NCBI GenBank assembly: GCA_044352465.1
Contig: JBILDU010000088.1
Span: 1-12,116 of the forward strand
Length of the DNA stretch: 12,116 nt
Reading direction: 5' to 3'
DNA from: Bdellovibrionota bacterium
GTDB taxonomy: Bacteria > Bdellovibrionota_C > UBA2361
Numbering within the stretch: position 1 is the first letter of the stretch; every line of letters begins with the position of its first letter. Below, in pieces: positions 7,319 to 12,116 of this stretch. The notes beneath the pieces are model-generated. The model ran no database searches, was not told the origin of the DNA, and was given only the letters and a program-made list of their open reading frames with translations. The position numbers and the translations under genes were made by a program.

Positions 7319-7368
7319 GGGGACGCTTCCCCAGTACGGTCCCGTTCGGTCTCCGCCGAACGGAACCG
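7319..7368 (+). other. Two tandem hairpins in the predicted 5' UTR of the flagellin-like gene
   Basis: GGGGA-CGCT-TCCCC (7319-7332) and CGGT-C-CCGTTCGGT-CTCC-GCCGAACGG-A-ACCG (7337-7368). Confidence 0.55.
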
Positions 7369-7408
7369 AGCTCCGATTTTGCCCGGGTTCACGATTTAGC
7401 AAAAGCCG

Positions 7409-9418
7409 ATGTCGAAGGTCTCTCTAAATGGCATCGTGACCGAGAAGTTCATCACTCGGCTCGCGGCTGCAGGCAAGCAGGGCTCGAGCGCCTCGAGTAA
7501 TCCCCTGAAAGGAAGTTCCTCGGTGAGCCTCTCTGGTTCGCTCCGTCTGGGGGCGCAAACCTACGCGACCGCGGTCGGCGCTCTCAATAACACCCTTTCG
7601 GTGGTGAATATCGCGAAGGATACCCTTGGAAAGCTTGGCGACATCACCGACAAGATGATCGCGGTTACCGAGAAGGCGGCGCGACGCCCGATCGGAGCGC
7701 AGGGGCGGCGCGCTCTCGATATTCAATTCCGCGAACTCGCCGATGATTTTAAAAAGATCCTCGAAAAATCAAAGATCGGTGACAATAGTTTTTTGACCAC
7801 TGATGGGCTTACCGAGATATTTTTGGCGGTTGGTCTCGACAAGGAGAGTTCGAAGAGTATCGCTGATGTCTTTGCGCAGTTTGTCACCCCCGAGGAAGAC
7901 ACCACGTTGGCGAGCGAAAAAGTCGAGGGGAAGAAGCCGCTCGTTATTCCCGCCGCGGCATTCACCGTGCCCTCGCGTAGCGGACTGGTTCAGCTTGAAA
8001 CGTTAACCGATGCACCGCTGACCTCGGTCGTGGCCGGAATCTCGCCGACCACGAGCGTCTTTCAGGCGTCTGACGATATCCTGAATGAGAATCCGGGTGT
8101 CGAGGCGGTCTTCGTGCGGGATTCCGCCGGGGGCTTTCAAAGCCAGGGGGCTGGAAACCTTCTCGGAGTCGGGGCTACCCTCAGAGCGGTCAACGAGGTG
8201 ACCGGTTATTCAATTATTGAGTCGAGTTTTGATCCGTTAGGTGAGAATCCAGCCGGAGAGGCGCAGCTTTTTCTCCTGAGTGAGAAGGGCGCTCTCGTTG
8301 GTCAGCTCACCAATTTTAGCGGGGCAACAATCGAGTCGGTCGATATGACCTCCTCCGACGAAATGTTTGCGGTGAGTTATGTGAAAAGTGGTCAGTCCTA
8401 CGTTGATACGATCGAGATCACGAAAGGAGCTGCAGTCACCACCGCATTGATAACCAACATCGAGCGGACTAACGATTCGGTTACAAAAGTTAAGATAGAC
8501 AACAACGGAGACTACGTCGCTTTTCAGGTTGAAAAGCCCGGTCCTTTTAAAAACATCGAGCTTTATGACGTAGCTAACCGTACCTACGATAACGTCCTCC
8601 GTAACGACTCCCGTTCAAGAGATTCGCTCGACTACGGCTTCGTGGCTGACGGTGGCCAGATCGTCTACGGAATGACCGTCACCGATGGGTCGGCTGAGCG
8701 GAATTTGGTGTTGTACCAGAGCTCCGGAGGGATCAACAATACTCTTCGCTCCGCCGTTTCCTACGATGCGTTTGCGACCCTTCAATCGGGTAATTTCGGG
8801 ACAGGGGGAAGCTTTTCACTCGTTGAGAACGCTGGAGGGGTGAGGACCGTAAAGTTATACGATGCGGATGACGCCACGGAGAACTACGCCTTGGTGATCG
8901 GCAACGACGTCGTCTCGACGATGAGTTTGGCGGCGAACGCGAGCGACTCAAGCCGCATCGACATCGGGCTCGTCGGTTCGCTTCCTGATATCTCAGGGGA
9001 CTCCGATCTTGAATTTTACCGTATTCGCTACGATCCGGATGCTCGTCAGAACCGGCGTATCTCGAGCGGCTCGGTGCAATACTCTGAGATACTCGATCCT
9101 ACTCGAGGTATCACCTCGCGACCGGCAGCGTACCGGCTTTTAAACGATCTTAAGGCGCTCCGGGAGCAGATCACCTCGAACGTCGACGCGCTCCAAAACG
9201 CCTTCGATGTTGTGAATGACAATATCGCTCTCGTTCGCGCCACCGGACTCGCGCTCCTCGATATTGGGAACCAGCTCACCAACGAGACCGATGCCGCGGC
9301 GGTGGCCGAGTCCCTGCGTCGGCGTATTCGAGAGAGCGCTCAAGAGGCGCTCGCTCAAGCTGAAAATCTCGACCCGATCGCTGTTGCCACGTTGACCTAC
9401 ACCTCGAACGGAAATTAG
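7409..9418 (+). CDS. Divergent flagellin-family protein (669 aa) with a central putative beta-propeller domain
   Basis: Residues ~40-129 (SLSGSLRLGAQTYATAVGALNNTLSVVNIAKDTLGKLGDITDKMIAVTEKAA...GRRALDIQFRELADDFKKILEKSKIGDNSFL) follow the flagellin N-terminal helical pattern. Residues ~567-662 (GITSRPAAYRLLNDLKALREQI...ESAQEALAQAENLDPIAVATL) follow the C-terminal pattern (QAGTAMLAQANQ.PQ.VL.LL). The middle is beta-rich and repetitive. Confidence 0.8.
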   Translation: MSKVSLNGIVTEKFITRLAAAGKQGSSASSNPLKGSSSVSLSGSLRLGAQTYATAVGALNNTLSVVNIAKDTLGKLGDITDKMIAVTEKAARRPIGAQGRRALDIQFRELADDFKKILEKSKIGDNSFLTTDGLTEIFLAVGLDKESSKSIADVFAQFVTPEEDTTLASEKVEGKKPLVIPAAAFTVPSRSGLVQLETLTDAPLTSVVAGISPTTSVFQASDDILNENPGVEAVFVRDSAGGFQSQGAGNLLGVGATLRAVNEVTGYSIIESSFDPLGENPAGEAQLFLLSEKGALVGQLTNFSGATIESVDMTSSDEMFAVSYVKSGQSYVDTIEITKGAAVTTALITNIERTNDSVTKVKIDNNGDYVAFQVEKPGPFKNIELYDVANRTYDNVLRNDSRSRDSLDYGFVADGGQIVYGMTVTDGSAERNLVLYQSSGGINNTLRSAVSYDAFATLQSGNFGTGGSFSLVENAGGVRTVKLYDADDATENYALVIGNDVVSTMSLAANASDSSRIDIGLVGSLPDISGDSDLEFYRIRYDPDARQNRRISSGSVQYSEILDPTRGITSRPAAYRLLNDLKALREQITSNVDALQNAFDVVNDNIALVRATGLALLDIGNQLTNETDAAAVAESLRRRIRESAQEALAQAENLDPIAVATLTYTSNGN

Positions 9419-9532
9419 GAGATGCGCCGCTCTTCGATGGAGGAGAGGGCTCCGCGAGGAGGAGGCTCGGTGTCGTGAAGTATCTGTGCAGGCCTCACGC
9501 CAAAGCCCCGAAATAAGCCCTTTTGAGCGCGG

Positions 9533-9560
9533 TTGCAAATTTCCAAGAATGAAGTAAAGT
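9533..9560 (+). promoter_or_regulatory. Possible sigma70 promoter for sucA
   Basis: TTGCAA (9533-9538)-N16-TAAAGT (9555-9560) in an AT-rich patch 42 nt before the ATG at 9603. Confidence 0.35.
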
Positions 9561-9602
9561 TAAGTAATCCTAGCGTGTTAAGCCTTTTTGGGTGACGATT
9601 TT

Positions 9603-12116
9603 ATGACCTTGCCCCCACATATCCAAGCGGTCTTCGGTTCGAATGCGGGTTATATCGAGGAGCTTCTCGATCTTTACCGAACCGATCCAACCCTGGTGGG
9701 TGAATCGTGGGCATCTTTTTTTCGAAGTGAGCTTGGCGAAGCCCCGAGCGCTGTCGTCACGACAACGAAATTGAATGGCAACGGCTATCACGCCCCGACG
9801 CCGGCCGGTGAAGCGCCCCGAGCTCCCTCAGTCTCGAGCGCCCTGCAGGCGCGGGTAACCGCGATTATTCATGCATTTCGTGAGCGGGGCCACTTCCACG
9901 CCGCCGTGAATCCGCTCCGCAGCGGCGCGGCCCTTCCGGTGCAAGCGGATCTTACTCCCGAGGCGCTCACGTTCTCTCCGGCTGAACTGGCCGCCTCGGT
10001 CGATGTCGGTGGTTTTGCTGGCCGCTCCCAGATGACGGTTGCGGAGCTTCTTGCGTCGCTCCGCGGGGCTTATTGCTCTAGCGTAGGTTTTGAGGTGTCG
10101 CACCTCGTGAACCAAGAAGCGCGGCGCTGGCTTACCGAGCGGATCGAGCGAGGAATCGATCGCGCGACGCTCTCCCCGCAAGCCAAGCGGCATCTCTTCC
10201 ATAAGCTCGTTGATGCTGAGGGTTTTGAGGCTGAGTTACACAAAAAATACGTTGGAGTGAAACGGTTCTCCCTCCAAGGCGGGGATACGCTTATCCCCGC
10301 GCTCGATACGTTGCTCGATGAAGCTGCCCGGCGGGGAACCAAGGAAGGTGTCATCGGAATGAGCCACCGTGGGCGCCTCAACGTGCTGGCCAATATCGTG
10401 GGGAAACCGCTCGCGGATATCTTTAACGAGTTCGAAGACTCTAATCTTGTGACCGCGCTTGGGGCGGGGGACGTGAAGTATCATTTGGGCTACAGCTCGA
10501 CCTATGCGACCGGTAGTGACGGTGAAGTTGGGGGAGCGATTCGCATCTCGCTGGCGCCGAATCCGTCACATCTTGAGTTTGTGAACCCGGTGATTCAGGG
10601 GATCGTTCGCGCTAAGCAGGACAAGGAGCACGGCGGAGATCGCGCCGCGGTGGTTCCGATCTTGATTCACGGCGATGCAGCGTTCGCGGGCCAAGGGGTG
10701 GTTTTTGAGACGATTAACTACGCCGGGCTTCCGAGCTACACCACGGGGGGCACGGTCCACATCATCGTTAACAACCAGGTTGGATTCACCACGAACCCAG
10801 AGGAGTCGCGCTCGACCCCGTACTGCACCGACCTCGCCCGCGGTGTTCACATCCCGGTGTTTCATGTGAACGGGGAGGATCCCGAGGCGGCCTTGTGGGT
10901 GATGCGCCTCGCCGTCGAGTATCGGCAACGCTTCCTTGGCGATGTGATTATCGACCTTATCGGATTTCGAAAATACGGGCACAACGAGGGCGATGACCCC
11001 AGCTTTACTCAGCCGGTGATGTATAACGAGATTCAGTCGAAGCCCCCGACGGCGCGGCTCTACGGTGCGCACCTCGCTCAAGAGGGGCTCCTCTCAGAGA
11101 GCGATATCAAGGGCGCTTTCGATTCTTTTGGGCAGCGCTTTCAAGCGGCGCATGCAGGCAAGAAGGTGATTCCGACCGGCGAGGCGTGTGCGATGCACGG
11201 AATGTTGCGGGTCCCGTCACCTGCGACCGGTGTGGCGCTCGAAACGTTACGGAAGATCGCCGCCCCTCTCACGACGTACCCCGAGGGTTTTAAGCCCCAT
11301 CCGAAAGTTGAAAAGATTCTGGAGAAGCGGGTTGAATCGCTCGACGCGGGGAGCGGCATCGATTGGGGCTTTGCTGAGGGGCTCGCCATCGGTTCGCTTA
11401 TCCTCGAGGGCCATCCCGTTCGCCTGACCGGGCAGGACTGTGGTCGGGGCACTTTCAGTCAGCGTCACCTGATGTTGAGCGATGTGAACGGCCGGGGACA
11501 CTATCTTCCTCTCGATACACTCGACACCCCACAGGGGGCTCGCTTTGAGGTCCATAACAGCTCTCTCTCGGAAGCTGCGGTTGTCGGTTACGAATTTGGT
11601 TACGGCAGCGTCGCCCGGGGCGATCTGGTGATGTGGGAGGCGCAGTTCGGCGATTTTGCGAACGGAGCGCAGGTGCATATCGATCAGTTCCTCGCAAGCT
11701 CAGAGGCGAAGTGGAATCAGCTCTCCGGTGTGGTGATGTTGTTGCCGCACGGGTTTGAGGGGCAGGGTCCGGAGCACTCGAGCGCGCGGCTTGAGCGGTA
11801 TCTCCAGCTCTGTGCTGAGGGAAACATGGTGGTTTGCTATCCGACCAAAGCATCACAGCACTTCCACCTCCTACGTCGACAGGGGCTTATCGATATCAAG
11901 CGTCCGCTTATCGTGATGACGCCGAAGAGTCTCCTCCGTCATCCGGGCGCGGCCTCGGGGGTTGATGAGCTGACGAGTGGTCAATTTGAGACTGTGCTCG
12001 TCGACCGAGTCGGTGCCGGTGCCGTGCGGCATGTCGTCTTTCTAACCGGAAAAGTTTTCTACGAGGTCAAAGCGGCGCTCGAGAAAGAGAAGATTGATGG
12101 CGTGGCGCTCGTTCGT
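9603..12116 (+). CDS. sucA: 2-oxoglutarate dehydrogenase E1 component, 3'-truncated by the window edge
   Basis: Absent from the ORF track because it has no stop in the window. Translates as MTLPPHIQAVFGSNAGYIEELLDLYRTDP..., FRERGH, KYVGVKRFSLQGGD, GMSHRGRLNVLA, GDVKYHLG, NPSHLE, HGDAAFAGQGVVFET (ThDP motif), GHNEGDDP, WEAQFGDFANGAQ, LPHGFEGQGPEHSSARLERYLQL, all in one frame. Confidence 0.97.
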   Translation, partial: MTLPPHIQAVFGSNAGYIEELLDLYRTDPTLVGESWASFFRSELGEAPSAVVTTTKLNGNGYHAPTPAGEAPRAPSVSSALQARVTAIIHAFRERGHFHAAVNPLRSGAALPVQADLTPEALTFSPAELAASVDVGGFAGRSQMTVAELLASLRGAYCSSVGFEVSHLVNQEARRWLTERIERGIDRATLSPQAKRHLFHKLVDAEGFEAELHKKYVGVKRFSLQGGDTLIPALDTLLDEAARRGTKEGVIGMSHRGRLNVLANIVGKPLADIFNEFEDSNLVTALGAGDVKYHLGYSSTYATGSDGEVGGAIRISLAPNPSHLEFVNPVIQGIVRAKQDKEHGGDRAAVVPILIHGDAAFAGQGVVFETINYAGLPSYTTGGTVHIIVNNQVGFTTNPEESRSTPYCTDLARGVHIPVFHVNGEDPEAALWVMRLAVEYRQRFLGDVIIDLIGFRKYGHNEGDDPSFTQPVMYNEIQSKPPTARLYGAHLAQEGLLSESDIKGAFDSFGQRFQAAHAGKKVIPTGEACAMHGMLRVPSPATGVALETLRKIAAPLTTYPEGFKPHPKVEKILEKRVESLDAGSGIDWGFAEGLAIGSLILEGHPVRLTGQDCGRGTFSQRHLMLSDVNGRGHYLPLDTLDTPQGARFEVHNSSLSEAAVVGYEFGYGSVARGDLVMWEAQFGDFANGAQVHIDQFLASSEAKWNQLSGVVMLLPHGFEGQGPEHSSARLERYLQLCAEGNMVVCYPTKASQHFHLLRRQGLIDIKRPLIVMTPKSLLRHPGAASGVDELTSGQFETVLVDRVGAGAVRHVVFLTGKVFYEVKAALEKEKIDGVALVR

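Noticed and set aside
7311..7408. c-di-GMP-I riboswitch in the flagellin-like leader
   Set aside because: Two hairpins are present, but the GGCAAAC / GNRA tetraloop / GACGCAAAGC signature is missing.
9570..11856. Numerous ORF-track ORFs on the minus strand and in alternative + frames
   Set aside because: They are shadows of the continuous sucA frame starting at 9603. The same applies to the short ORFs overlapping der, guaA, the kinase and the flagellin-like gene.
1..12116. CRISPR array, tandem repeat array, transposase or phage genes
   Set aside because: No regularly spaced repeats or mobile-element motifs were seen by eye.

Overview
GC-rich bacterial chromosomal window. The lineage cannot be fixed from sequence alone; a deltaproteobacteria-like or Bdellovibrionota-like organism is my guess. 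Housekeeping genes sit at both ends: der (5'-truncated) and guaA on the left, sucA (3'-truncated, missing from the ORF track) on the right. Between them lies a ~6.8 kb block with six genes: a membrane-bound hybrid histidine kinase with an atypical receiver, a divergent pair of small uncharacterised genes, an alpha/beta-hydrolase, a secreted Cys-x7-Cys protein resembling DsbD-N or the NHLRC2/SOQ1 C-terminal domain, and a very divergent orphan flagellin-family protein. That protein's central domain looks like a ~7-bladed TolB/PD40-type beta-propeller. Three good and one weak sigma28 (FliA)-type promoter motifs point into four of these genes. The 85-aa minus-strand gene has two textbook CsrA-type ANGGAN hexaloop hairpins in its leader, one covering the Shine-Dalgarno (SD). 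The leading hypothesis (inference) is an undescribed late-flagellar (sigma28/CsrA) accessory module containing a propeller-displaying flagellin. No tRNA, rRNA, CRISPR or mobile element was recognised. All family assignments are by-eye motif recognition, not database searches.
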